Positions 29,794 to 39,429 of a DNA stretch of 64,000 bases are shown one piece after another. The stretch's first letter is position 1. Each line of letters begins with the position of its first letter. The notes beneath the pieces are model-generated. The model did no database searches. It saw only the letters and a list, made by a program, of their open reading frames with translations, and was not told where the DNA came from. The translations under genes were made by a program, and so were the position numbers. The stretch is from Candidatus Nomurabacteria bacterium (GTDB lineage Bacteria > Patescibacteriota > Dojkabacteria > SC72 > JAHDCA01): assembly GCA_020632395.1 (NCBI GenBank), contig JACKFQ010000001.1, positions 377,900-441,899 of the forward strand, written 5' to 3'.

Positions 29794-32700
29794 TTATTCA
29801 CAGCTATCACACAACGCGCGCTCTGCGGGATCTACAGGACATGCATTTCCTTTTATTGTAGGGATTCTATTCATATCAACCTGATCAACCTTCATGGTTG
29901 GGGGATACATCGTAGAATCAGCAAGTTCGCCACTATCTGCAGATGCAGTTATCACTGCAAAACCCCTACTCCTGGGCTTTTCTTTGGCAACATCCCTTTC
30001 AGACCCTTTAGATCTCTTGCCTTTGCTTTTCATTTGCATCTTTGTTTCTTTCTCTTTCTCCTGTGGTGCTGATGAACTAGCTTGTTTTTCTGGTGAGCTA
30101 GCTTGATCTTCTTGATGTTGTGAATTAAGTTGTTTTGTTGGAGCATTCTCGTGGTTGATCTTCTTTTCTACTCGCCCCCTTCGTTGCGATGCGATACTTT
30201 TTCGTTTTGATACAGCATCATTTTGTCGTGAGGTCGCTGGTTGTATTTGTGATACAGCATCATTTCGTCGTGAGGTCGCTGGTTGTATTTGCGATACATC
30301 ATCATTTCGTCGCGAGGTCGCTGGTTGTATTTGCGATACAGCATCATTTTGTCGCGAGGTCGGTTCTTCTGCCTCTGATCCTTCGTCTTTTTGTTGTGAC
30401 AAAGCACCGAATCCTACCCTACGTCTTACTACAGGTGCTTTCTGTTCGTGCTGTTGTTCAGATGTAGCTCCAGATAAATTAGTGGGAATGTCGCTCTCGA
30501 CATTATCATCACTAGCTGTTTTTGCATCTGATACTGACTTGAAACCTTTCTTATTTATGGCCTTAGCTTTGTTCACACGGATCGTACTCTGTTCGGCGGT
30601 ATGTCTGGGTTTCATATGGAGATAGTATGTTGTCTTGACCCCGCGCAACCAAGCCTCGAGGTACACATCCATCATCTTCTCCACATCTCGATCTTCAAAA
30701 TACATATTTCTACTCATTGCTTGATCGATCCACTTCTGACATCTGGATGCTGTTTCAACGTATGCTAACGGATCGATCTGGAAAGATGTCTTGTAGACCT
30801 TTTTGATATTGTCTGGGATCAGATCGATCTGAGAGATATCTCCTTGACGTGAGATCAGCTCATCACGAATATCTTCCCATATCTTAAGTTCTTTCAATTT
30901 TCCAATAAGATTACGATTGATGTCCAAGAATTTCCCATTCATAGTGGTCCTACTGAACACTAGAGCAAATCTAGGATCTATACCAGGCGATGTTCCCGCA
31001 GTAAGCGAGGAATTCCCATTTGGTGCGATCATCATAACAGTAGCATTTCTAACACCTTTTTTAACTCTCTCCCTTAAACGATCCCAATCCATCGTATAAG
31101 TTCGGTCTTGCGATAGCTTGACTCCCCTATCTTGTTCAACTTTTTCCATCGTATCAAAAGGGACATAACCTTTTGACCACATTGATCCCTCAAAGTTAGG
31201 ATAAGTTCCTCTCTCCTCAGCTAAATCGCAACTTTCATCTATCGCTACATAACTTATGAATTCAACGATCCTATCAACGATGTCATATGCTTCGGGGCTA
31301 TCGTATGCATATCCTAAGTGCTCATATGTTTCAGATAGACCCATTAGACCTAGTCCGATAGCACGGTTATTAAGATCAGAATGTCGTGCCTCTGGCACTG
31401 GGGCAATTCCTACATCAATTATATTATCTAAATGTCGTATACCCAGCCTCACAGAATCCTCTAATCTCTCCCAATCTACCGCCTGCTCAAGATTTTTTTC
31501 AACATCTCCACCATAATCAGCATTTTCTGGAATAACGTGTTTCGTCAGATTCACATATGCAAGATTACATACTGCAATATTATCCTTATTCTGAGGTAAG
31601 CAGACTTCGGTACAAAGGTTGGAGCCGTGGATGGTGCCTGTGTTATTGTTCAAAGCTCTTAGATTGATAGTGTCTTTGAAAGTGATCCATGGATGGGAGG
31701 TAGATTGAAGTTGAGTGATGATCTGCTTGAATTGCTCTCGAGCCGGAACCTTCTTCCACATGCGCATTTCTCCCGCTTCAGCTTTTCGAACATACTCAAT
31801 ATACTGTTCACTGAATTCAGATCCGTACAATTCCGTCAGATCGCTTACTTCTGCAGGGTCGAACATATACCAATCTTCGCCATTCTGTACCCTTTTCATA
31901 AATTCATCAGAAAGATATACTGCTGTGTTTGCTGTCCTTGTCCTGCGATAATCGTCCCCTGCATTCTGTTTCAGATCTAGGAAATCATTGAAGTTGATAT
32001 GCCAATTCTCCATATACAAAGCCATAGCACCCTTCTTCTTCCCTGCCCTCGCGATAGCTGCAAGTGTCGAATCCATAACCTTTGCAAATGGTATAGGTCC
32101 AGATGAAAATGTGTTATTTGTCTTGATCGGAGAACCCTCTGCTCGCAATTTTGTTATCGCAATTCCGATACCACCAGTACCTTTAGAGATCTTTGCAACA
32201 TTAGCCACATTTTCAAAGATATGCTCGATAGTATCTTCTGTATCCAATAGAAAACAATTTGCGAGTGTAGGCATAGTTGTGCCTGCACCGATCATTGTAG
32301 ATCCTCCTGCTGTGTATTCTTTTCTGGATAATTTTTCATAAAGATCGATCGCTATCTTGGTTGGGTCTTTCTCCTCAAAAGATAAGCCCATCGCCACTCG
32401 TATCCACATAAATTGAGGGGTTTCTTTCACCTGTGTAGATTCACGAAGTTTCATCATGTATCGATTCATTGCGGTCTGCAATCCCACAAATGTGAAGTCC
32501 TTATCTCTCTGGGGTTTAAGTGCTACTGCAAGTCGGTACACATCAAAATTGCTTAACATCCTGCGATCCAAAAGTTTCTCCTCAACTCCCCATTTGAGAT
32601 ACTGTACAAAGCTCTCTCGATACGACTGATCAAAATCCTCTCCATCATACTCGGAGAGTGCTGACAAATAGCCTTTTGTCAGTAACAATCTAACCGCAAG

Positions 32701-32931
32701 ATCATCAAACATTGGGTCTTGCTGGATATTCTGTGTAGCAACGAGGATCATGGAGCCAAGTAGGTCATTGCTACTCATATCTTTCATTAGGGTTAGTCTG
32801 ACCTCATTAAGCAACTGATCGATCATTTCAGCTGACATATTTAGATCCTCTGAGTGGATCCACAACAGTTCTTCGATTTGATCTAGATTTGTAGGATCAA
32901 TAACTTTTAGTAACTTTAGGGTGTCTTTCAT
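29794..32931 (-). CDS. nrdA: Ribonucleotide reductase class I large (alpha) subunit with about 250-aa low-complexity C-terminal insertion (3x16-aa repeats) before terminal Cys pair
   Basis: ATP-cone-like N-terminus, catalytic core (CNLAYVNL, NLCTEV, TSPGIDP); repeats SQIQPATSRRNDAV x3; ends ...LCDSCE. Confidence 0.9.
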   Translation of the reverse strand: MKDTLKLLKVIDPTNLDQIEELLWIHSEDLNMSAEMIDQLLNEVRLTLMKDMSSNDLLGSMILVATQNIQQDPMFDDLAVRLLLTKGYLSALSEYDGEDFDQSYRESFVQYLKWGVEEKLLDRRMLSNFDVYRLAVALKPQRDKDFTFVGLQTAMNRYMMKLRESTQVKETPQFMWIRVAMGLSFEEKDPTKIAIDLYEKLSRKEYTAGGSTMIGAGTTMPTLANCFLLDTEDTIEHIFENVANVAKISKGTGGIGIAITKLRAEGSPIKTNNTFSSGPIPFAKVMDSTLAAIARAGKKKGAMALYMENWHINFNDFLDLKQNAGDDYRRTRTANTAVYLSDEFMKRVQNGEDWYMFDPAEVSDLTELYGSEFSEQYIEYVRKAEAGEMRMWKKVPAREQFKQIITQLQSTSHPWITFKDTINLRALNNNTGTIHGSNLCTEVCLPQNKDNIAVCNLAYVNLTKHVIPENADYGGDVEKNLEQAVDWERLEDSVRLGIRHLDNIIDVGIAPVPEARHSDLNNRAIGLGLMGLSETYEHLGYAYDSPEAYDIVDRIVEFISYVAIDESCDLAEERGTYPNFEGSMWSKGYVPFDTMEKVEQDRGVKLSQDRTYTMDWDRLRERVKKGVRNATVMMIAPNGNSSLTAGTSPGIDPRFALVFSRTTMNGKFLDINRNLIGKLKELKIWEDIRDELISRQGDISQIDLIPDNIKKVYKTSFQIDPLAYVETASRCQKWIDQAMSRNMYFEDRDVEKMMDVYLEAWLRGVKTTYYLHMKPRHTAEQSTIRVNKAKAINKKGFKSVSDAKTASDDNVESDIPTNLSGATSEQQHEQKAPVVRRRVGFGALSQQKDEGSEAEEPTSRQNDAVSQIQPATSRRNDDVSQIQPATSRRNDAVSQIQPATSRQNDAVSKRKSIASQRRGRVEKKINHENAPTKQLNSQHQEDQASSPEKQASSSAPQEKEKETKMQMKSKGKRSKGSERDVAKEKPRSRGFAVITASADSGELADSTMYPPTMKVDQVDMNRIPTIKGNACPVDPAERALCDSCE

Positions 32932-32963
32932 TGGGCAGGGATGAAAGTAAATTTAGTTCTTAG

Positions 32964-33012
32964 ACACAATATACTGTATTTGTATACCTTCGGGTTATCA
33001 ATATACAGGTAT
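32964..33012. promoter_or_regulatory. Putative tandem NrdR boxes 35-50 nt upstream of nrdA
   Basis: ACACAATATACTGTAT matches NrdR consensus acaCwAtATaTwGtgt at 14/16 positions; second CAATATACAG core 32 bp downstream. Confidence 0.4.
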
Positions 33013-33347
33013 CAGGTGTGTGTGTAAACAATTCGTATCTAATGTCATACAACGATCCAAGAACCCTATTTTGAAGAAATAAACACGTTGATTGAACATC
33101 ATATATATACATAGCTATATAATCTACTACTCTCATAGGAGATCTATGATCAGAGCATCTCGTAGCTGTGAGAGCACAGATATACACATGAAATAGAGTA
33201 TATCTACAGAGAGAATACCCGCAAAGAAAACTGTCAAAATAACCTATATATGCGTATCTTTCCCAAAGTATATAAAGATTTGCTTCTTCTTAAAAAATCA
33301 TTAAGATCTGCGGTCACACCTTATAGGTCTTGACAAGATTTTGTGTT

Positions 33348-33379
33348 CAGAAAGAAAAGAGCCAGCTATTGCTGGCTCT
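33348..33379 (-). terminator. Rho-independent terminator after htrA-like gene
   Basis: Perfect 9-bp stem agagccagc/gctggctct with 4-nt loop; on minus strand followed by ttttctttct. Confidence 0.6.
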
Positions 33380-33409
33380 CATTATGTCTTCTAACTCTAA
33401 AAGTATAGA

Positions 33410-34732
33410 TCAGTCTGCTTCACCTAGAACTACTGAAACAGAGACTTCTTTTCCATCTCTCAAAATTTTCATTTCTACAGAATCCCCTATTTTGAATTTC
33501 TGTATCATCTCGATAAAAGAAGATACTACAGGATCGCCCTCGATCTGTACAATGATGTCGCCTCGTTTTATACCTGCATCCTGAGCTGGGCTACCATCAA
33601 CCACACTTCTAACAAATGCTCCGGGTAGGATATCCGTGTAGTACCTTGCTTGTGACTCAGTGATCATCTCATACTCTATACCAACAAAGGGTCTCAAGAA
33701 TTTCCCATAGATCCTATACTCTTCGAGACGATTCACAACCCTGTTGATCGGCAAGGCAAAAGAGATATTGTCGGCGCCAGAAGTAGTAGCAAAGTTCACC
33801 CCTATAACCTCTCCTGACGAGTTGAGTAACGGACCACCGGAATTACCCGGATTGACCGCCGCATCAATTTGTATCACATTTTCGAATGTTTTGACTGTAC
33901 CAAAGAAACTTCCTGAACTTGTCGAAACGGATCTGTCCAAACCACTGATCACTCCTGTGGTCACACTCCCTGCATACTCACCTAGAGGAGTACCGATAGC
34001 TATCACCATCTGACCCGGAATAAGAGCATCAGAATCACCGAGTTCAACTGGATCTAACCCTTCTGCATCGATCTTTAACAAAGCAATATCATTGAAATCA
34101 TCCCGTACAATATCTTGTACCTCATACTCCTCTCCATCCTCAGTGATGACTTTATAATCTGCATTCTGATCTGATACAACATGCTGATTTGTTATGATCA
34201 ATCCGTTCTCGTCTACAATGAATCCTGAACCGATATTGTTACTTCGATCAACCACACCTGTTCCCGGCTGAAGTTCGAGTTGCGATATTGCAACACTTAC
34301 CACTGAATGCATATTTTCCTGCACTACCTCTATCACCTGACTCTCCTCACTTGTGACCTTTACTATCTTATTTTCTTGGGTCACAATACTTGAATCATTA
34401 CTATCTGACTTTTCGGTAAGCCATTCGATGGTCACACCTCGATCTTTCAGAAAATCTGTTAAGTTTCGTGCAGTATAGAAACCAAGTATCACCCCACCTA
34501 GCAAGATCGCAAATATAACTAGAACGAGAGATGTACAACCACAACCGATAAGTTTCTTCTTTCTTGATCTTCTCTCATTTTTCTCTTCTTTTGAATTTTT
34601 TAGGATCGCATCCTTCTCTTTTTCGCTCTTATCCGAGATTGGATCAACGGATTTAGTTTTCCCATCTACAACTGTAGTACCAACCGTTTCACCCACTTTC
34701 TTTTCATCTGACTTCGTGATTTTTTCTTCCAT
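33410..34732 (-). CDS. htrA: HtrA/DegP-family trypsin-like serine protease with N-terminal TM anchor and C-terminal PDZ domain
   Basis: GNSGGPLLN catalytic Ser motif, His/Asp region, PDZ-like C-terminus. Confidence 0.85.
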   Translation of the reverse strand: MEEKITKSDEKKVGETVGTTVVDGKTKSVDPISDKSEKEKDAILKNSKEEKNERRSRKKKLIGCGCTSLVLVIFAILLGGVILGFYTARNLTDFLKDRGVTIEWLTEKSDSNDSSIVTQENKIVKVTSEESQVIEVVQENMHSVVSVAISQLELQPGTGVVDRSNNIGSGFIVDENGLIITNQHVVSDQNADYKVITEDGEEYEVQDIVRDDFNDIALLKIDAEGLDPVELGDSDALIPGQMVIAIGTPLGEYAGSVTTGVISGLDRSVSTSSGSFFGTVKTFENVIQIDAAVNPGNSGGPLLNSSGEVIGVNFATTSGADNISFALPINRVVNRLEEYRIYGKFLRPFVGIEYEMITESQARYYTDILPGAFVRSVVDGSPAQDAGIKRGDIIVQIEGDPVVSSFIEMIQKFKIGDSVEMKILRDGKEVSVSVVLGEAD

Positions 34733-34750
34733 CTTTCTGAAAAACTAAAT

Positions 34751-36085
34751 TTATCTAATTTCTGTCTGAAGAATATCGATCGCAGAATCCATCTGAGGGT
34801 CAATACCCTGTTTGAAATCCTCGTCTGTCAGATCGATATTTACATCCGGGATTATCGGATCATCAGGATTGATCCAAGTCCCGTCAGGCAAAAGCCACTT
34901 TAGAGTTGTTATGTGGAGGCTCGATCCATCAGGGAATGAGCGGACATCTTGTGCGGTACCTTTTCCGTATGTAGGTATACCAACAACTGTTGCTCTATTA
35001 TTCTTTTGTAAAGCACCAGACATGATCTCAGATGCAGAAGCGCTACCATTATTCACTAAAACCACTACAGGCACATCAAGAAGCTTTCCCTTTCTGGTGA
35101 CAGTAAAATCGGTCACTGCCCCACGCTGGTCTTGCTGTTTTGAAACGATTGTTCCTTCCTTCAGAAATTCATTGGCTGCATAAACTGCTGCATTAAAGAA
35201 TCCTCCAGGATTGCCTCTAAGATCTATTATCAAGGCTTCAGCATTGCTTTCTTGGAATTGTGATACCATCTGATCCCATTTGTTCTGCCAACTTCTTAGA
35301 TCTGCTTCTGTAAATCTCGACACATCAAAGATCGCTATACTGGGGTCTTTCTCGCTTAATTTGAATTCCATACTTGATACAGTTATTTGACCCCTTGTGA
35401 TCGTAATATCCACAGGAGTGCTTTCGTCTGTATGTAGTACCGTCAACGTCACATCAGTACCCTCTTCACCTCGGATCTTCAAGACAATATCAAACAAGCT
35501 ATCGTTTGTTGTCACATCGACCCCATCTACAGCCAATACTACATCGCCAGGCTGTATACCTGCAGAGGATGCAGGAGAACCCTTCAAAGGAGAGATTATC
35601 ACTATCAGACCGTCTTTATATCCCATTTCAGCACCGATACCCGAGAAAAGATTTCCAGCTGTAGAATCATTGAAGGCAGCGGTTTCTTCTGGGGTTAGAT
35701 ATAAGGTGGCAGGATCACCATATGAATTGACCATTCCTTGTATTGCACCATAGAACATCTCTTTTTCATCAACCTTCTCCTTGTCTACATAATCAGAGGT
35801 CATCTGCTTCCAAACATTCCAGAAAAGTCCAAAATCGACATTTTCGATATCAATGTCACCTCCATTTGTATCTCCTGTGAACCGAACGATCTTTGTAGGA
35901 TCAAGAGCATCAACAAAACCTGATTCTACTTGCCTGCCAGCAAATATACCAAGCGAAAAAGTTATGACGACAAGTATTGCGACTCCTACTAATTTGTTTA
36001 CCTTATTCATATCTTTTTGTGATCTATCATTTATTTTAGCTGGTCTACCTTGAAAAGGAGTTCCGTATTCTTTTTTGTTTGGCAT
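34751..36085 (-). CDS. Carboxyl-terminal processing protease (S41 family) with PDZ domain
   Basis: GNPGG, NNGSASASEI (catalytic Ser), TYGKGTAQD (Lys) motifs; N-terminal TM. Confidence 0.85.
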   Translation of the reverse strand: MPNKKEYGTPFQGRPAKINDRSQKDMNKVNKLVGVAILVVITFSLGIFAGRQVESGFVDALDPTKIVRFTGDTNGGDIDIENVDFGLFWNVWKQMTSDYVDKEKVDEKEMFYGAIQGMVNSYGDPATLYLTPEETAAFNDSTAGNLFSGIGAEMGYKDGLIVIISPLKGSPASSAGIQPGDVVLAVDGVDVTTNDSLFDIVLKIRGEEGTDVTLTVLHTDESTPVDITITRGQITVSSMEFKLSEKDPSIAIFDVSRFTEADLRSWQNKWDQMVSQFQESNAEALIIDLRGNPGGFFNAAVYAANEFLKEGTIVSKQQDQRGAVTDFTVTRKGKLLDVPVVVLVNNGSASASEIMSGALQKNNRATVVGIPTYGKGTAQDVRSFPDGSSLHITTLKWLLPDGTWINPDDPIIPDVNIDLTDEDFKQGIDPQMDSAIDILQTEIR

Positions 36086-36231
36086 TATCTCATAGTCAAA
36101 GTTATTGATTCATAGGGCTTTTTACCTCAATGATTATAAATTGCATAGGAGATGATATCAACAGACTTGATAATAATTACACAAAATTTTCACATCTATG
36201 AAAACTGTATCTGTGTCAGTCGAAACAGCAG

Positions 36232-37284
36232 TTAGACTTTTGTGATATACCCCTCTACAGAATTCTTGTCGACCAGAAGTCGCTTCTTGCCACGTGTTTC
36301 GATAAGGAACTTCTCATCCTCATCCATCAGATCGATCACCTCCCCCACTACACCATAATTGCTTGGATCGTAAACTTTCGCTAAAGTTCCGACTACTAGT
36401 TTAGGCAAAAAGTAGCTATTACCTTTGAAACTAGAGGGGTCTATTGCCGGTTGATTTGCTATCACCAAAGAGTTGTCATTCGGTTCTACCTTCACTTGGT
36501 GACCGACAGAATTTTGTAATATTGAAAGGATCTCTTTATCCAGAGGAACCTGACCAAAACCTCCCAATATCACCAAGGGAACCTTTAATTGCTTCATCTC
36601 TGGCTGATCAATTGCATTTACGATAATGATCTTGGCATTACGTTTATAGATCTCTCGCGCAAGATCCTGATAGATGAACCTGCCTGCAAACACGATCTTG
36701 TTCTCATAAGTGCTAAGCAGATCTCTTTTTGAATATACTGAAGAACCATCCCCTAAGATCAATAACTCACCAGATATCTCCTCAGTACCTTGGTCTACAG
36801 CATTTTTGACCTGATGGCCGTATGTATAACTGATCTGTGCTCCATCCGTTTCAATAGTCAACCTTCTGTTCAATTCTAGTCCTACTACTTTTCCCTGCAA
36901 ATGACTATTCACTTGAACCACCTCCTCCTCTCCGAGAATCCTAAGAAATCCCTGTGTTATCCTGCTAAGATCTACAACCCCATCCTTGCCTGCCACAACA
37001 CGTCTTCCTATCATCCCTGCAGCTGTCAACTTTTCAGCTAGTAGATCACCTGTCACTACATACTCCCCTGATATTCTCCCCACATAATCAGGTGAATTTT
37101 CTGCTTTGATACCTAGGATCCGAGGTAGATAGTATGAGTCGATCACTTTCTTTCTTTTCATTTCATACAACTGCTGTCCGTATAAGACATTTTCTCCCAC
37201 TCCAATAAATGAAGTAGCTCCAGATGGGAATGGCACAGACATAGTACAAGTCACTTTTTTTGGTATGATCTGAACTCTATTCAC
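36232..37284 (-). CDS. Hypothetical soluble protein (350 aa), co-oriented upstream of ctp/htrA
   Basis: Complete ORF, 8-nt overlap with the upstream gene; no recognisable motif. Confidence 0.5.
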   Translation of the reverse strand: MNRVQIIPKKVTCTMSVPFPSGATSFIGVGENVLYGQQLYEMKRKKVIDSYYLPRILGIKAENSPDYVGRISGEYVVTGDLLAEKLTAAGMIGRRVVAGKDGVVDLSRITQGFLRILGEEEVVQVNSHLQGKVVGLELNRRLTIETDGAQISYTYGHQVKNAVDQGTEEISGELLILGDGSSVYSKRDLLSTYENKIVFAGRFIYQDLAREIYKRNAKIIIVNAIDQPEMKQLKVPLVILGGFGQVPLDKEILSILQNSVGHQVKVEPNDNSLVIANQPAIDPSSFKGNSYFLPKLVVGTLAKVYDPSNYGVVGEVIDLMDEDEKFLIETRGKKRLLVDKNSVEGYITKV

Positions 37285-38635
37285 CCATCCACTGTTTTAA
37301 TTTAGAAATATTTGCACGAAAGTCAGGTCCATATACTACAGGCTTATACCTTGCATCCATAAACACGCTATCTATTGGTAATTTTTCAAGGTCGCTTATA
37401 ACATTTATCTCTTCAGACAAACCTTCTACATATGCCTGCTTAACAAATTTCCCAGTTAGGACTATGTTTTCACTGATCTCTTCAGAATTATCTGCCAATT
37501 TCATACGAACAAGCTCAGGACTCAATGCAAACACATCTCTCTTCTTTCCTTTACTTAAGATCTCCCCAGTGAAAGCCACACGTTTCTCGCCTTTTCTACC
37601 AGGCACCTCAATTACAAACACCTTAGATGCTGATGAGGCTAAAACACTCCTTGGAACAATATAATCTTGTGCATTTATTCCTCTAGAATACTCATCTCCA
37701 AACAATTCGATCCTATGATCCTTATCGACCAACAGATCAAACGACCCCCTCATCTGTAATCCATCCAACAACCCAAGCACAAGAGCTCTTCCAGGCATCA
37801 ACGAAGCCAACCTTCCTGTAATTACAAATAACGACCTTCTTCCTACCTGTCCGAATTGTGCGAAAACATCCTTTTTATTATTGAACATGGTCATAGATTG
37901 TACGGTGAGGAATGAACGGAGAAGGTCATGTAGAACCGGATCTTCTGTTTTTTCTGTTGGTCTGATAAGAAAGTTTGCCCACATATTAACTACTTGTGAA
38001 TTCTCTACATCAACAGATGCAAAGGCTTTCAACCTCTTATCATTTATCGATTCGATCAGATGATCCTTACTATCCCAATGGATCTTGGTCTGCAACAACT
38101 TTGGCGTCACAGCACCCAATTTATCTCTAGTCAGATCTAATCTGTACAGATCAAATTTCTCAGGATCAGCATCCAGATATAACAACTCATCATATTCTAA
38201 TTTGCTCATGATCGGAGGGAGGATCTTGAGATAGAACTTAGCATCGGTGGTGGTTAACTTTGCAGTAGGGAGATATGTATGCAGGATCGACAGGAGTTTT
38301 ATTTTTTTAGGGAGTGTGTAGTTCAATGCGAAATTTACACCAGAAACTCCTTTCCCCTCATCCGAGAAAGGTACGCTATTAACTAATGAGTATGTATTTC
38401 CAGTTCTCTGTACGATCTCCCAATTAAAGCTTTCTTCAAGAGTATTGAAGTATTCATCCCAAAATTGTTGATCTGAGATATCGTCTCTTTCTTCATCATA
38501 TCTAACCGTATCTGTGAGAATATAGTTCCTACCGGCACCATAGTGTGAATACGCTAAGTTCGCAGTGATCCTGTTTCTACTTATATGTATTCCAAGATAT
38601 GCATTTTTATCTACCAAAGGAGAAATTGCCATCAA
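37277..38635 (-). CDS. Hypothetical protein (452 aa); N-terminus weakly reminiscent of actin-like ATPase fold (PilM/FtsA-type)
   Basis: AYLGIHISRNRITANLAY resembles the phosphate-1 box of actin-fold ATPases; otherwise unassigned. Confidence 0.45.
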   Translation of the reverse strand: MMAISPLVDKNAYLGIHISRNRITANLAYSHYGAGRNYILTDTVRYDEERDDISDQQFWDEYFNTLEESFNWEIVQRTGNTYSLVNSVPFSDEGKGVSGVNFALNYTLPKKIKLLSILHTYLPTAKLTTTDAKFYLKILPPIMSKLEYDELLYLDADPEKFDLYRLDLTRDKLGAVTPKLLQTKIHWDSKDHLIESINDKRLKAFASVDVENSQVVNMWANFLIRPTEKTEDPVLHDLLRSFLTVQSMTMFNNKKDVFAQFGQVGRRSLFVITGRLASLMPGRALVLGLLDGLQMRGSFDLLVDKDHRIELFGDEYSRGINAQDYIVPRSVLASSASKVFVIEVPGRKGEKRVAFTGEILSKGKKRDVFALSPELVRMKLADNSEEISENIVLTGKFVKQAYVEGLSEEINVISDLEKLPIDSVFMDARYKPVVYGPDFRANISKLKQWMGE

Positions 38636-38805
38636 TTCCTATTTTCCAAAGACCTTACTGCCTTCAGTATACAATCAAGACAGGACTGATACAAACCTCC
38701 ACCTCATAGAAGTGATAGATGTCTCCCTATTGATCTTGTCATTAAACATTGATCCTGTGATTAATATCGTGGCTCTGTTCTTGTTTGGAATTGCATCAGA
38801 ACACT

Positions 38806-38963
38806 AGGTTTGTACCAGGTGTGCTCACGCTGAGAACAAAGCATCGTGCACTGGTTGTACCAGGTGGGCCCACGCTGAGAACAAAGCATCGTGCACTGGT
38901 TGTACCAGGTGGGCTCACGCCGGGAGCAAAGCATCGTGCACTGGTTGTACCAGGTGGGCCCAT
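38806..38963. repeat. Tandem array of about 3.5 copies of a 45-bp unit (tggttgtaccaggtgggcccacgctgagaacaaagcatcgtgcac) in an intergenic region
   Basis: Units at 38807, 38852, 38897, partial at 38942; each has an internal hairpin (cactgg/ccaggtg) and a GGGCCC palindrome. Confidence 0.8.
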
Positions 38964-39023
38964 AGAGACAGCTGTTCATTCATACAGTTGATACTCGATA
39001 CATAAGAATCATGGTCTCCATAG

Positions 39024-39050
39024 AAAAAAAGGGGGCAAGGCCCCCTTTTG
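39024..39050 (-). terminator. Strong bidirectional Rho-independent terminator ending the rpsF-ssb-rpsR operon
   Basis: aaaaaaa-gggggc-aag-gccccc-tttt; 6-bp GC stem, A-run and T-run on both sides. Confidence 0.8.
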
Positions 39051-39069
39051 TATCTATCATTGATCATAC

Positions 39070-39402
39070 TTAAGCATCAGCAGCTACATAAGGTAGTAAT
39101 GCCATGAACCTAGCTCTTTTAATAGAGCCGGTCAACTGCCTTTGATGCTTCGCACAAACCCCAGACTTTTCTGTACTTATGATCTTTCCTCGCACACTAG
39201 TGAATTTCTTGAGTTGATATACATCCTTATATGTGACGAATTTTACTCCAGATTCACAGAGAGGACATTTAAGATCCAATTTTACCTTACGACGACCTCT
39301 TCGACCACCTCGATGAGGTTCGTCGTCTTCGAAGCTCTTTACATCAACAACATCATCTAGTGTTGGTTTTGAAGTTGTACTTGTAACTATTTGTTCTGCC
39401 AT
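39070..39402 (-). CDS. rpsR: 30S ribosomal protein S18 (with N-terminal extension)
   Basis: CPLC...VKFVTYKDV...LKKFTS...KISTEKSG motif; rpsF-ssb-rpsR synteny. Confidence 0.9.
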   Translation of the reverse strand: MAEQIVTSTTSKPTLDDVVDVKSFEDDEPHRGGRRGRRKVKLDLKCPLCESGVKFVTYKDVYQLKKFTSVRGKIISTEKSGVCAKHQRQLTGSIKRARFMALLPYVAADA

Positions 39403-39429
39403 GTTATCCGAAATTATACATTATTTTGT

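Noticed and set aside
38761-38991. Repeat-peptide ORFs (72 aa minus, 68 aa plus) or a CRISPR array over the 45-bp repeats
   Set aside because: Units are directly adjacent with no spacers, so this is not CRISPR; a 45-nt period keeps every frame open, so ORFs are expected artefacts. Kept as a finding only as a tandem repeat.
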